Part shown: one piece after another, positions 35,054 to 49,361 of the stretch
Layout of the letters: the number at the start of each line of letters is the position of its first letter
Numbering within the stretch: the first letter of the stretch is position 1
NCBI GenBank assembly: GCA_964188305.1
Contig: OZ076892.1
DNA: 64,000 nucleotides
Source: Podarcis bocagei
Lineage: Eukaryota
Direction: 5' to 3' (one strand)
Made by a program: the position numbers and the translations under genes
The notes under the pieces: model-generated
What the model was told of the DNA's origin: nothing
The model's database searches: none
Seen by the model: the letters and a program-made list of their open reading frames with translations, nothing else

Positions 35054-35728
35054 CTGCATAAATACAAAAATAACAATAAATGAGAGGAGGGAGCAGAATG
35101 CTGCAACTAGAACACTTCAACTACAGGAAACTCATGAAATGTTCAAAACAGGTCAGGAAGATTTCATTTCTTTCATTTATTTATTAAAAAATCATAAAAG
35201 CATTTCTGAACTGACCCAGTGTGGGGATTATTGCAAATGATTTTGCAACACAGAGGGTTTCACTACATGCAAATTGCCAGATCAAGCCATTCAAAAGCCC
35301 AATGACCAAAAGGAAAAGAACAGAGAAATGACATTTGGTGCGTGTTGTTCCGAAGTTCCCAGAACAGCCCTTATGAGCCAGCAGATGCTGATTGGGAGTC
35401 AACAATAACTCTCATTGAGGAGCTGCATTTTTACTGCTGTTTCTCCCCATGGCCCAGCCAAAAAAGGTCTCTTTTAACAGGTGACCAGTTTTCTGTAACT
35501 GCCCCCTTGTTGCATCAGTCACACTTCTCCCTATCCATGAATGTATAACTCTGATGCCTACCTATGCAAGCATGTATTGTTACCAACTTCAATCAATTTA
35601 ATATCCACCATCCCCATATGGTGTCCAGCCTTCTCTCTCATAGCACAGAACACTGCAAATAATGCTGAATTTCACAAAGTGGGTGATATTGGGTGACTAC
35701 TCTGCAATACTTTCCAATGACTGCTGTA

Positions 35729-36079
35729 AAGGTCAAGGGAACCCCTGACCATTAGGTGCAGTCGTGACCAACTCTGGGGTTGCGGCGCTCATCTCGCTTT
35801 ATTGGCCGAGGGAACTGGCGTACAGCTTCCGGGTCATGTGGCCAGCATGACTAAGCCACTTCTGGCAAACCAGAGCAGTGCACAGAAACGCCTTTTACCT
35901 TCCCGCCAGAGCGGTACCTATTTATCTACTTACACTTTGATGTGCTTTCGAACTGCTAGTTTGGCAGGAACAGGGACCGAGCAACAGGAGCTGACCCCGT
36001 TGCGGGGATTCGAACCACCGACCTTCTGATCGGCAAGCCCTAGGCTCTGTGGTTTAACCCACAGTGCCACCCGTGTCCC
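35729..36079 (-). mobile_element. Sauria SINE, full length
   Basis: Highly similar to 5583-5935; TSD (cc)aatgactgctgta on both sides. Confidence 0.92.
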
Positions 36080-36482
36080 AATGACTGCTGTAGTTGCCCT
36101 TTCATATTCTATGATACCCCCTTTCTCAAGGCTGTCTATCCTCTGCCTTCATGTTTGCCCTAGATGTGTCATTTGAAATGTTGAAAATGTTCTACATCTG
36201 TGTAGGGAAAGGCATGCAAACCCCACTGATGTTCTTGTGCAACTCCAAATGCAGCAACATTCACTGTGCTGTGAACATGAGATCTGTGCACCCCCAATTT
36301 GGCTTCCCCAGAATTAAGACAGTGAGGCTTAGTTTCAAGTAAGCAAACATGGAGTTGTAGCCTCAAAATGAAAACTGTGTTCCCTCCTTATCAGGGTTGC
36401 AGCCTAATGAGCCATTGCCTAAGTTTTAAAATGTAAAACATTTAATGGGCACCAGGTTTTTCATGTGCACATTTACACCTAC

Positions 36483-36587
36483 CTTAATGTCATCAATCAG
36501 CATCATCACATCCTGAGACATGAAGAAATCACTTAGATCAAAGATTATTGGGTAGCAAACAACAGTCTTGCCAAGGATTCGATAAAT
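36483..36587 (-). CDS. PHKB: PHKB exon (105 nt) [35 protein letters not shown]
   Basis: cggtag acceptor, gtaggt donor, phase 0/0. Confidence 0.96.
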
Positions 36588-36986
36588 CTACCGAAAAGGA
36601 AAAACAAACATTTTCTTTAATACTGTATATAGGATGCTGTTAACCAAATCTTATGAAGAAAAAAATCCATATTCTGTTTTATAATTAAAACTCGGCACTA
36701 AGACAAATCATGCAAATGAAGGAAGCTTTCATCTCCATTTTGAGTGTGGCATAAACTTTCATAGGCAAGTGCCTGACTTTATCATATGCATGAAAATTTT
36801 CAGGCAAGTAACCACAGAGGTGACTTTTCCTTAAAGAATCTGGGCAAAGCCTTTGGTAAACTTAAGCCATGTGAATTGCTTTCAGAGTTTAGAGGATAAT
36901 TCAATTGTCCTCCAATATTTACACGCAGACCTCCTCCATTATTCACACTAACGAAAGCATGCAGAAGAGCCATTTCTTGCACAGAC

Positions 36987-37070
36987 CTTTGATGTTCCAA
37001 GGCAGCCTACTGGTCGGTCAGGTCTTCCCGAGAGTCCCAGTTTGTCATTGACCCCCAGATGGAAGTAAGC
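36987..37070 (-). CDS. PHKB: PHKB exon (84 nt) [28 protein letters not shown]
   Basis: tttacag acceptor, gtctgt donor; conserved LGLSGRP motif. Confidence 0.96.
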
Positions 37071-39345
37071 CTGTAAAAACATCACAATGCACAAAGTCTA
37101 ATGCACGAAACGCAGCTTGCATGCTGTTTGGCAGTATTTATTTGCTACTGGAATCCAACAGGCCTTTTTAAAGTTCTAGCTCGAAATAAAAGATTTCAAA
37201 CTGGCTCCAATTAAACATAAATACTTTTTACTGATATAATAGTCCAAAAATACAGTCTAACATAAAAAATACTGGGGAATACTGGGCCATACAATGTTAA
37301 CTTAAATTCCTCAATGGGCTTTCAAAAGGCCCAGGGGGGGAAACCAGAAGAGTTGCACAGGTGGACTCATAGCAACTAAAGGAAGGGGTCCAATGGACCC
37401 TTATAGCCTAACAGGGTTTGGTTTTCCTAAAATAACTTTAAAAATAAGAAATCACTGTTGCAGGTTTGTGCTGTTAAGATAAAGTCAGCTTGCAGCAGAA
37501 TTAATCCTTGATGGAAAATTTACTCCCAGGTGCAATGAGCCCCTATACGGATCTGTAATACATGTGTCTGTGCACATGTGTGTGTGTTGTCGTTGTATAC
37601 AAAGAAATGTAATGGGTTGTCGTTGCAAAATGACAAAAAGCATCCCCTTCAGTATTCTTAAGGGATTGAAGTAACAACCAAATGATGCAGGTAAGATGCC
37701 GTTTTCCCTACCTGAATTTGATAAGTTGTTGGGGTTTGAAAAGAGCCCAGCCTTTTCAGTGGTGGCTTCCCACTTGTGGAATGCCCCCACCCCCACCCTG
37801 GAGAGGCTTGCCTTGCGCCAGAATTACATATTTTTATGCGCCAGGCAAAATCATTTCTTTTTCAACAGACCTTTGGCTTTTAATTATCTGTGGCTGCCTT
37901 GAGCAGGTAGGATGTTTTAATTCTGTCTTTTTAAAATAATACTGTCTTTTAGATTTGTCTTTGTTTTCTCTTAGGACAATTTTAATGTGTTTGTTTGTGG
38001 ATACATTGTTTATATATTTGAGTGACCTTGGTGAAAAGCGACCAACAATTTAAACTAAAAACAAATGAACAAATAAATGTCCCATTCATTTAAATAGAAG
38101 TAAAGCCTTGATAAGTTAAACACTCACTGAATTGTGTGTGTGCGTGTGTGGTACTCATCAATATGGAGTACCAGCACCTCTCCCTTTTTTGCACTCACGG
38201 CACTTTTATCACTATATGAGTACCAACACCTCATTTCTTTTACCAAAAAAGGAGCACTGGTTGAAAAGATGTATAAATGGTTGAATATATACATAAATCG
38301 TTGACATATATTTCAAGCAGCTGCTGGGGTAAATAGCAGCCCCCTTAGCTTGGGAAGCAGGGTCTTAGCTGGGATGGGTCGGTGTGGTTTCTGGAATGAC
38401 TAATCCTTAGGTCTTACGATTAGATGCTCCTTCAGGCTAAAAGAAGATATTTATGGTCTCTGAGAGAAGAGATGACAAGTGAATGTGAACAGGAGAGGGA
38501 AATGATCTGGAACACCCAAAAAAAAAATAAAAAAATCTCACCAGTTAGTACTTTTTGCACACAGGATAGCTTCACTGAACACATTAACTCTTAGGGCCCT
38601 TGCCAAGGCAATCCATCTGCTGCTTTCTGAGCCAAGTAGACTACAGGGAGCATGGTCAATGGTTCTGCAGCAGAGTGACCTTTTTAGAAATTAAAGGTCA
38701 TCTCGTTACAGAATATCTAGGGAAAGAACACCCTCTTTCCCGCTAGGAGGGTGTGGAGCTACCTGGAAAGAAAAGTGAGCACAGGAAAGGATTTCGGAGA
38801 GAGTGGCTCCTTGTCTTTTTAAGAGTGGTTAGAATGAAACTTGGAAGATACCAGACAGAAGAAAGAAATTTTTGTGCGCCCCACCCCCCCTTAAAATAAA
38901 AATCCTGTCCATTACTGAATAGTGAAGCTTTATCATCACCATTATGAAACTTATGGACAAACAATACTGATAAGAACGCTTCATTATTCAACGAAGATTA
39001 CCTGAATAACATTATTCAATACAATGAACTTGAGATTACAACAGCACCAGGAGCATTCCTTGCTCTAAAGTACAAGTACTGAACACATATTAGAGATTTC
39101 CTAGATACCAAAGAAAGTACATCATCTACTGTATCTCGCCATGATTCATTCCCACCTTATTTCTAAAATTATTCCCAGTTTTGTAATTAAATGTGTATTT
39201 ACTGAACAACACCATACATATTTTGGAGAGTTTCAGGTATCGCTGGAATGGAACAGACACCAGATGATTCATCACAACATAGGAAGCATATTTAGTAAGC
39301 AAAGAAACAAGAGGTCTACCTATAATGTTGAAAACAATGTCTTAC

Positions 39346-39439
39346 TTTCACAAGCTCCTGTTGTGGCCATATCTGGATGGGTTCAACCTGCTGAGGAGTC
39401 TGTGTCTGGATTCCATATGTGTTCAAGAAAACCTGCAGG
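39346..39439 (-). CDS. PHKB: PHKB exon (94 nt) (R)[31 protein letters not shown]
   Basis: A-run+AG acceptor, gtaaga donor, phase 2/0. Confidence 0.95.
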
Positions 39440-40446
39440 CTTTTTTTAAAAAAAATGGAAATCACAAGGAATTAGAATGCAGCAGAACTGGAGCCTCCTA
39501 TTAAATATGGATCTTGGTAGAAACTGGCTTTGAAAGAAATACTGGATTTCATACCTAGAATGCAATCCACCCCACAGAGGCTGTAAGACTGTGATGAGAC
39601 TGTTAGAAATAGGATGTCTTAGTGTGTCAGAACATGTGCTAAAGCCAGCAAATATGTGTTTGGCAATACCTATTTCTCAAAATGTCTCCTTAAAGAATTA
39701 AACTATCGAAGGCTACTATAGCCAAGCTGGGACCACATGGGATAGTTGCTACCAAAATCCATCATTTCCTGGAGCTGGGGAACTTAACTGGAGTCGAGTA
39801 GGGTTGTCTACAAAAAAAAATGAGCTCAAGGACACATTTGGAAATCTAATAAACAGTTGTGGGCATCACAAACTACCCATTTCACAGAAGAAAAATCCTC
39901 AGCACTAACCCCCAACAAGCAAAACAACCGCATCCAATCAGAACAAGTGAAACAGAGGCAAACAGCTCCTCCCCTGAAAAAAAACTTAGGCACCCCTGCA
40001 TCACACCACCAGAAGGAAAAAAATATTTTTAAAAAAATTAGCAAACAGGTGAGACAGGGACCATTAGAGAGTTGGGCGTCTCAGGGCACGTTGGGGATTC
40101 AGCATTAGAACAGGAGATTTGAGCTGGATCCTGAAATTCAGCACACAGAAACTGCTGCTCTTTTGAACAAGAAAAGGCACCAAGCCATGTTCCTAATATG
40201 TATACCAAGTCTGGTCAGTCCAGGGGATTCATACTGCCCAATAGTCTGCAGATTGTTCTTATAAGAATACTGCACACTGTTTTGCCCGAAAACAGCTCTG
40301 AGGCTTGAGCATTCACAATCCCATGTAGTCCATCAAAACATTTCTAAGTCTCAAATCACAAAGTTTCTGGTTCAGACACACAAGTCTCCAAATAATGCAT
40401 TCAAATCCAAGCACTGAGGCTCAGATCACTTATCTGAATGGCTTAC

Positions 40447-40502
40447 CGTTGGCTTTCAGCAATCAACGCGACTTGGACCACCAGGTCATTTTCGAGAGGA
40501 CC
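40447..40502 (-). CDS. PHKB: PHKB exon (56 nt) GPLENDLVVQVALIAESQ(R)
   Basis: ttttaag acceptor, gtaagc donor, phase 0/2. Confidence 0.95.
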
Positions 40503-43500
40503 CTTAAAACGCAAGAGTAAAACCAACATTTTTATTGGTGGAATGTGTTGGCTGATTGTGAGCCACAATGAGATACAAGGACAACATGAACAATAACCAT
40601 TCATTAATACGATTGAAATCGTCTGGCCGCATTGCTGCTTTCCCTCGCTCTTTATTGCCCACTAATCAATTTGACGGTGCAGACAGGGAAATGGAGCACC
40701 AAGGAGGTAGCACACATAAATCACAATGCCACCTGAGGAGCTGAATTGTCAATGCACTTTTGAGTGATGCAATAGTGGGATGTTAAGGACAGGTTCCTTC
40801 ATTTATTTATTTTTTACTATTTTTGCATCAAAAGTGAAGGGAGGGGAGAGAATCAACAGCCTTTGATTTATTAGGCATGCATTGCATCATTAACAAAACA
40901 AAACAAAACCTTAATGTATTTTGCCAAGAACTGCAAGTCTCTTGATGATTTTCCAGCACCAATGCTGCTTTCATCTGCTGCACACACTCCTCATAGCAAA
41001 AAAATGTACATTGACAGTATATATGGAGCTCCTCTACCTAAGATGGGAGCGTGATGACTCCCCTGCGCATTCCTTGGAGTACGCAGATCAGATCTCTACA
41101 AAGGAATGAACAAGCATGGTTGAGTGTCCATTTCTACATCGGAGCATATGCCAATCTCTGAGGTGAGGCATGTGTGCAAATAGGTTATATCAGTAATTAT
41201 TTAAGTTTCCCTCTCCATATTCTTAAATAACACAAAGAAACCTTATTACAGGGGTCCCCAACCTGTGGCCCGCAAGCTGCCCAGAAACTGATCCTTTAGT
41301 TTATTCTCACTTGTAATATTGTATTTCCAGATGTTTATAGAGGTTTGGTTTTATTTGATTTATTATATTTCCATGCCACTTTTCATTCCTGTGTAATGCC
41401 CTCTCATCAGATGTCAAGGAGATAAAGAACTACACAATGTTAGAAGGTAGCCCTTTGTCAGGAAGTTTTTAACATTTGATGTTTTATTATATTATTATAT
41501 TCTGCTGGAAGCTGCCCAGAGCAGCTGGGCGGTGTATAAATAATAAAATTCTTATTCTTATTATTAAATGAACTGCAAAGTGACTTACAAAAACAAAACA
41601 AAAAATAACATTATAGAACATAACAGATCATCACATATACAGCATAAATCATATAGATGAATTAACAAATCATCAGCAAAGCAATTATATATCATCAGTA
41701 AAACAATAACAGTAAAATGCTATTAACAAAATAACTAGGCAAAACAGCACAATTACAACGAATAATATATTATAGCATTCATAAAGTATTACATCATTCA
41801 TAATCTATGAAATATTAACAACATTAACAAAATAGCAACCAGAAATAAGCAAAACAGAAAACAAACTGTTGAATTCACATACACTCTCTCTCCACCCCCA
41901 TGACTCATAATATTTCACTCCATTCAGCTCCTTAATATACACATAGACATAATGCCCATGGCAGTAATGCCCTTCTGAAGGTTTCTTGGGCTGGAGGTGG
42001 GGCAGCAAAGGTCATCCCATGATGACAGACAATGTCTCTCGCCCCTCACAGTTCTTCCTCTGGAAGAAGTTCTTATGAAGGTGGAGCAAGGTAGGCGGAA
42101 AAAGCCAGCACAAAGTCTCTATCCCCTCACAGAGGATACTTTGTTTAACTGTTGACCGTGTTTTACTATGTGAACTCTCTTTGAATTTTTGTAGCTGGTT
42201 TTTATGAATAATACTTATTTTGATGTGAATGAGGGTCCTTTAGTTTAGCTGTGTCTTACAGAAATTCTCTGTATTTTTGTATTTGTTTTTTTCTTTGACA
42301 TGTCTTCCGCTATGTTGTAACACTGCTTAGAGATCTGTTTAAATATAAGTGGCATATAAATTGTCCGTATAAGTTAAAAATCAATAATTGGATGGCAATT
42401 TAAAAAAGCTTAAGAGAAAAGAAAAATATTTCCTTTTTTTTAGCGTGAAGGGTTTTTCATTGGCTAGCTATAACTTATTGTGATGACACTACTTAGATAT
42501 GTGGGGGGTTTTTTAAGTGGTATATATATTTTTCTAAATCAAAATAAATACATAAATGAAACTATACACAATGCATTTCATTGGCACTACACCTGCTTAC
42601 CACAGATTGCTGTTTGTTTTAGGTGAAAATCATAGTTGCCATACACCATTGGAAAAAATGTCTGTAATCCATTCCATGGTCAGAGGTGCCCGATTTGAAT
42701 TGAGGTGTACATTTTTGTAATGCGGTGGGATGCAAACACTGCTGTTCTCTTTTAATAAATGCAGGGTGCACTGTTGCAAGTTAGCCAGAGCTCCCTGCTT
42801 TAAGAAAATCAGTTTCCCTGGGGTTAGCTTGCTATAGCAGATGTTGCGAATTCCGTGGCTCTAAAAGGTGTGAGGTTTGCCCTTCTAATGGATCCTAACG
42901 TAACTGTTGAGGAATATGCAAGCTAGTTTTTTTCTGCATGTTTCTGCATTAGCCCACGACTCTTGCAAGGAAGCTGAGCATCACCCTGTCATGTAGCTGT
43001 TAAAGGCGTGGGATCCTCTTGCCTAGAAATGAATTGACAACCTTGCTCATAAAGGCCCTGGATTTAGGTGTGTAACTACTTTGAGCTACTCCGAGGGAAC
43101 AGCTGCAGTCTGTGAGATGGGAGAATACAAGAGCAGAATACTGAAGTCACATCTACCTGAACGCTGGGGGTGATTAAATTCCAGTCAGGCAGCTCTGTGT
43201 CAGACAAAACAGCATACAGTGCAGTCAGGAAAATCAGGGATACTGGTGGACTTCTGCAGTAGGCCATTTCCAGCTGTTATTAAGGAGATTCAGTTTTGAT
43301 CTGCCTGGCATGACACCATGGTTGTAAGCCTTTTACTCTATTTTTTTAACGACCACTCAACAACAGACTTTACAGTGGGATTCTGGATGTTGCTATTCAC
43401 TACACCAGACTCCGGGGGGGGGGGGCAAAGTGTGTGCCACTTTCAGAAAAATAGAGAAATGTAGGGAGACAAAAACTGGAAATGTAATTAAATGTGTGCC

Positions 43501-44643
43501 CTTGTTTTTGATGGCATTTTTTCTCTTGTTTGGACAAATATAGTCATTTGGGAAGGTGGCCTTGATAAGAATTTTGTACTTCAGATAACAATCAGGGTTG
43601 CAGGGGAGAGAGGAGGTTTTTCACAAATAGCGAGAAGTAGGAAGATTCTTATTTGCAATCAAGAAAAGCAGCTGCTCTGGTCTGATATTTTGCATTTTAT
43701 TTCCCAAAGAAATATATATATATATAAGCAAAAGAATTTCGGTACACAAGTTTAATGGACAAATACTGTCGAGAATAAAAATCTGGTTGCGGTTTTGCCT
43801 GATAATAAATGGCTGCTGCTTTTATTTCTCATTTAAATCTTTTTGCTAGTGAGCAGGATTTCATGGATAGCTGCACTTGATGAAGTGCTTTATCAACAAG
43901 GAGCTGCAATCTTTTCTCTAGGTGACTTGATGCTTCAGTCATTTTTATTTTAGAGTGCCTGGCTGTGAGAAAAGTCAGTCTGGGAAGTGGGGAGGACTCT
44001 GCAAGCAACTCTGTTTGGTGCTTAAAACTGGAATGCTGCTTCTTATTATTACACCAAAAGCAAAAGCAACTGTTTGAAAAATAAAGACGTGAGAGATCAG
44101 ACATCTGAAAAAGGCATATTTATTCATCATGATTTATTCATTACTTTTTTAAAAACTGGATTAGGCATACATAGTTGTGTCCACAGGAAAGAAGGAAGGA
44201 AGGAAGGTTTAGGGACATTTCTGGAAAGCCACTTGGAACTTATGTGGACCCAGAATGAAACTTGGTTCACCAAGAAAAATGGAATCTAATCTACTCCAAA
44301 ACAGAAGAATCAAGTCAAACAGAGAAGAATCCTAATCAGGCCTCCCTGCTCTTAGCCACTCTCTAGGGGGCATGACTTACAGAAACTTCACCAGTCACAG
44401 GACCGTTTCAGGTGTAAAGAGCCCCAAGATGTCTCTGCTTAGAAGATCACAGCTTACTCTTACTTTTTTCAAAGCCAGGGCCTCTGCCTACTGCAGGACG
44501 TCAAACCAGCAAATGCTGACAATCAAGCAAAATATAACTTATCATCAAAAAATACCTCCCTTGGAATTGCTACAGAGGAAGGCAAACACACTTATGACAC
44601 CCACAACTCCGATGGAATTTCTGAAAGACGGATCTTAGCAAAT

Positions 44644-44647
<4 letters not shown>

Positions 44648-44712
<65 letters not shown>
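44648..44712. repeat. (CT)n(GT)n compound microsatellite
   Basis: Direct reading. Confidence 0.95.
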
Positions 44713-47700
44713 GCAACCCTAAATCAGAAGCCACAGCACGAATGTCTTCTTTGCACTGTCAGTCAATAGCCACTTGAGATTAACAGCAATTTCCTATAGT
44801 GCAGGATGGAGAACCTGTGGTCCTCCAGATGTTGTTACACTCCAATTCCCATTAGCCCCAATGGCCAATAGTAAGGGGTGGTGGGAATTTTTAGTCCAAC
44901 AATATCTGAAGGATCACAAGTTCTCTAAACCCAAATGACATTATGGTGACTTTACATGATGTCACAAGCCCAGATGTATCAGAGAAAAATGTCTCTAAAG
45001 CACTGTGAAACTCTATAATTTCAATAGACATACAGAATGAATGTTGAGTTGACACAGCTCTATGCTGGGGTGGTTTTCCAACGGTGCTTGGTCGATGTTC
45101 TAGCACATTCAAAACCTGTCACTTTGCTGCACTGACTTCTAGAGGCCTCTATAGGCTTTAGTGGCTCAGCTTTAGCTGTAATAACTGCTAAAGCACTCTA
45201 GAGAGATAATGCTGCATTTACAAGCAATCCATTATAAATCACTCAGCAAGGCCTTATTTCTTGTACAGGATAATGTGGACACATAATCCACAAGGAGTCC
45301 TAAGGAGAAAGATCTACAATCACAGTGACAGAATCCTTAAACATGGCACATCTAATTTTATACAACATTCAAGGGAATTTGTGTTTGTTTGTATGCGTGT
45401 GTATCTAAAATATCTTGAGTTTTTCGTTCCCCATATAAGCATAATTTGTGCTCATTAGGCTTTGTTTGTAAATCATGGCACTTTCATTAGAACTGAATCT
45501 TTTTCAGTACATTAAGAATTCTTTAAAGAGAGCACGGAGACAAAGTTTTTAGAACATGAGTTAAGATAAGCCACTGTGCCCACATTAGAATATGATCTAA
45601 GCAGCATTACAAGTGTTAATACAGGCTTGAAAATAAAGCTTTGTTGTTATCTTATACTGCAACAGACCTGCTGAGGATGGAACCAGGCAGTGTGCACTGC
45701 CTGTAGTTTCAAGCTCCATCTACACTGCAAACGCGGACAAATTTTATACCACCTTAGCTAGCTGTCCCCCAAGAAAACCTGGGAATTGTAGTTTGGTGAG
45801 GTGCCAATAATTTCGTTGAAGATTCCTAAAATACACACTCTGAGCTACAATTCTCAGAGAATCCTGGTGTGTGTGTGTGATTGGTGCGTGACCTTAATCA
45901 ACAGAGCTGAGTTGAATCAAAAGGGGGTAAACGCTATGAAAATCATTCAGATCTCTCTCAGGATCAGATCATGTCGATGTATACAGGATCCATACTTTTT
46001 CTAAAGGTGGGGGAGTCAAGGTGAAAGTGCAACTGTTTGGGTGATCAGCAACAACCCCCAAGTTTGATCAAAGAACTTAGATACTTTCAATACTAAATCC
46101 ATTCCCCAACCTCTGTCCCTGGGCGTAATACACTATAATAACCAATGATGCACACACACCTGCTACATCATCACATTGTTCAGGAACATGTAACACTCCT
46201 TCCCCACAACGCAGAAGTGAGAATTCTTCATGGTGGCATGTTTACTGCATGAACTCCAAACCACATGGTGACACAGGCTAATGAACATTCCTGTGAATGT
46301 CATATTAACACGGCTAGAAAAATTGTGTGGTCAGTTTCAACTTAGCAATTTTGTTTTTACAATTTTTAAAATTATGATTTCAGTCATATCTATAAGCTGC
46401 CTCTAATGGTATGAAGAAGTGGGGCAATTGTGGGTTTAATTCAGAGACAGGACTGCAACACATAGAGCATGACAGGCTCCACACCCCAGGTTTAAATAAC
46501 TAAACCAGCCCGCAGAGGGATTTGACAAATCCTAAATATGCAGAACAATCTTCCACCTTCACCACCATCACTAATCTAAGGAATATTTGGCAGCATCAGA
46601 TATAGCAATGGAAGACTGCAGCTCAAACACACAGGTTGTAAAGCAAGGTTAAATGCAAATGAACTTTTAATAAATGTCTGATGAATCCATTGTGGAGGGA
46701 AGGAAGGAACCTTTTATGACTTATTTATTGGATTTGCGATTCTGTCTGCTTTATGACTGAAGGGGAAATGCTTGAATAAAGATATTTTATGGTGCTGGCT
46801 GGAAGAAACAAATCAGCATGTGCCTTCTTTGTTTTTATGGTGATATAATGCCATGATGCACTCCCAAAAGACCAGCTGCACAAAGGGAATGGCCACAACC
46901 CAACCCCAATCAAGCCTGTATGGGCTTAAAGGCAAGTCCATGTGCTCTAAGGTCGGAATTACCAATTTTTGCTCCAAAGTAACCCACATTTTGCACCAAG
47001 AAAAGTCAGATTTTGCCCCATATCAATGATGTATATATATAAAAGGCCTGCATATGCTTATGTTGTATGATTTGTTTTTATTTTCAAAGCCACAGGGAAA
47101 GCAAAGCATGGTCTGAAGTTGGTTTACAATCCTCGTTTAGAGGGCAAGTGCCTTTTATTTTTGTCAGTCTGATATAATGGGAAAGTATGGTTCACTGCAA
47201 TCCAGAAGTAATTGATTAATTGCAGGAGGGAGCGTGTGAGCTCAAGGCACACAACATTAACCCTTGCTTTGGCATTTGATGGGAGACCCCAATGAATAGG
47301 ATGGGAGGTGGCATGAGGCGAGGCAGAACTGCCACAAAATGCCTCCTTCTCTCTTCCACCAGAACCCCCGCTGGACTTTATGAAGTATGATTTGGCAAGG
47401 ATCCTATCCGTTATGTTAGCAGAGTGTTTAATGCCAGAGTGTTTGATCACTCTGATGCTCAGTTTACTGGGGGATTTGCTGTTTTGATGCTTTAGTGCAG
47501 CATCGTGGAAGCTTAAGCCTTCCAGACCAGCATTTTCCTGCATAGAGTCCTTCATGCTTAAATTCCAGCTTTTGGTGCCAGAAAAAGCTGCCTTTTGATA
47601 GATTTGGATCCAAGATAACTGCTTATATAAAATGGTGCCAATTACTAGAAAAAGACTTTTGTAATGGCAATCTGTGTTACAACAAACCTTGAGTCTGATT

Positions 47701-48575
47701 AAATTGTTTTATTACTAATGAGAATAACTTCAATGAACCCCATTAATGAATGGGATTGCTTTTTTAAAAAGTGTTAAATTTGGGCTGATTGATTTTGCTT
47801 CCACAAGCCTATCTAACATTATATACATTGAGATGACTAAATGGATTTTTTAATTTGCTTTTGAACAAAATGAGATGGTTTAATTTGATACATTTTGTAG
47901 AGGGAGGAAAAGGAAGAAAGCACTTTTAAGAAGTGAAGTGGTGTTTGGGTTCTGAAGACATCATTATTAGGTGAAACGTTTTGTGTTCCAGTTTCAGATT
48001 CCATTTTTGGCTGGTTCTTTTAACACTTCAAACCAAACACAGACAGGAGCATCTGTAACTTTCATCTGTACACTATGACTATGCATACATTAGCAAACAT
48101 TCAGATAAAGTATTTCAATAAATAAATAAATAAATAAACAAGTGAGAGTTAGGGGTATCAGTGAAAGATGTCTGACATTTGTGTCATGAGGAAAGAAACA
48201 AAAATCAGACTTGACTTTATTTTCTGTACTGCAGTATACCTAGAACTATTACAAAATGAGCTGTGATCCAGATGGAGCAGAACTGATGGATCCACAGTGA
48301 ACTATCTCTGAAGGGAACTAAAATGGGTAGGTGGAGGGGGGATTTGCTCTCCCTGCCCACCTGGTGTGCTTGGTCCACCTTCAACATCTGTATCTACTTA
48401 TGGAAGGGAATAAGCAGGCTTTCCCTAGATTATAATGTTTTGCTGCACTGTTCTGTTTTTAACGGTATGTATTCATTGCTTCTTTGCTTTATTTTGTGAC
48501 AAGTATTTATATTTCGGTTTCACTGTCATCGGGTCTATGCACATTAAGAGGTATAAAATATTATAAGTAAATACA

Positions 48576-48606
<31 letters not shown>

Positions 48607-49266
48607 ATAGATAAATAAAATAATAAAATTAACCTATAGCCATGTGGTTCACATCATAGGCCTATTCACATGGTCCCTCCCATTACACACATATGGGGAG
48701 GGGCAAATACACTGGTGGAGGGGCTGGCATGTACTTAGTTGACTGATCTGACCCCTAGTGTGCCACAATGTTGGGGGAGAGGAGAGAGCCACTTCTTCAA
48801 GAAAGCTTTTCTGAAGACCTGGCTGATGCTACAACCTCAACTGCCCAAAGTAAGAAAGAGCAGATACTCCTCTGAAAAAGTAAACCATGTGGGCATTTTT
48901 TCCCCAGCCAGCAGAGGAGAAACACACTGCAACAAACAGGTCCATGAAGTTAAAAGTGACCATAACACCACCTCACCTTGCCTTTTATTATCTGAAGTTA
49001 TAGCTTGCTCTGTTCAGGCGAGTATACCAATCTATTAAAAATAAAATAAAGTTTCGGGCAGCCAGAAACTTTAACAAGCCACTCAAAAGGAATGTCTACC
49101 CAGCACTTTCTCTGAGGATGCATAGAGTTCACTTACGCCATCTGAACTCTTAGTATTTGTTTCGTACAGAACAAACCCCAGCAGGGACTAATGCAATATT
49201 ACTACTGCTGCAACATATTAATAAATGGCACACCTCTCAACTGTATTTTTTTAAACACACTCATAC

Positions 49267-49361
49267 CTGATTTGAATATCTCATGCTAACGTTCCGTTGA
49301 TCTTGGGGAGGTATGTAACGCTTCACTGGGTCGATATCTTTAACACTTACTAAACCGTCAA
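49267..49361 (-). CDS. PHKB: PHKB exon (95 nt) (V)[31 protein letters not shown]
   Basis: tttcag acceptor, gtatga donor, phase 1/0. Confidence 0.95.

Noticed and set aside
47124-47555. 143-aa minus-strand ORF
   Set aside because: No recognisable homology or splice logic; within chance expectation, though the DNA may be a regulatory block.
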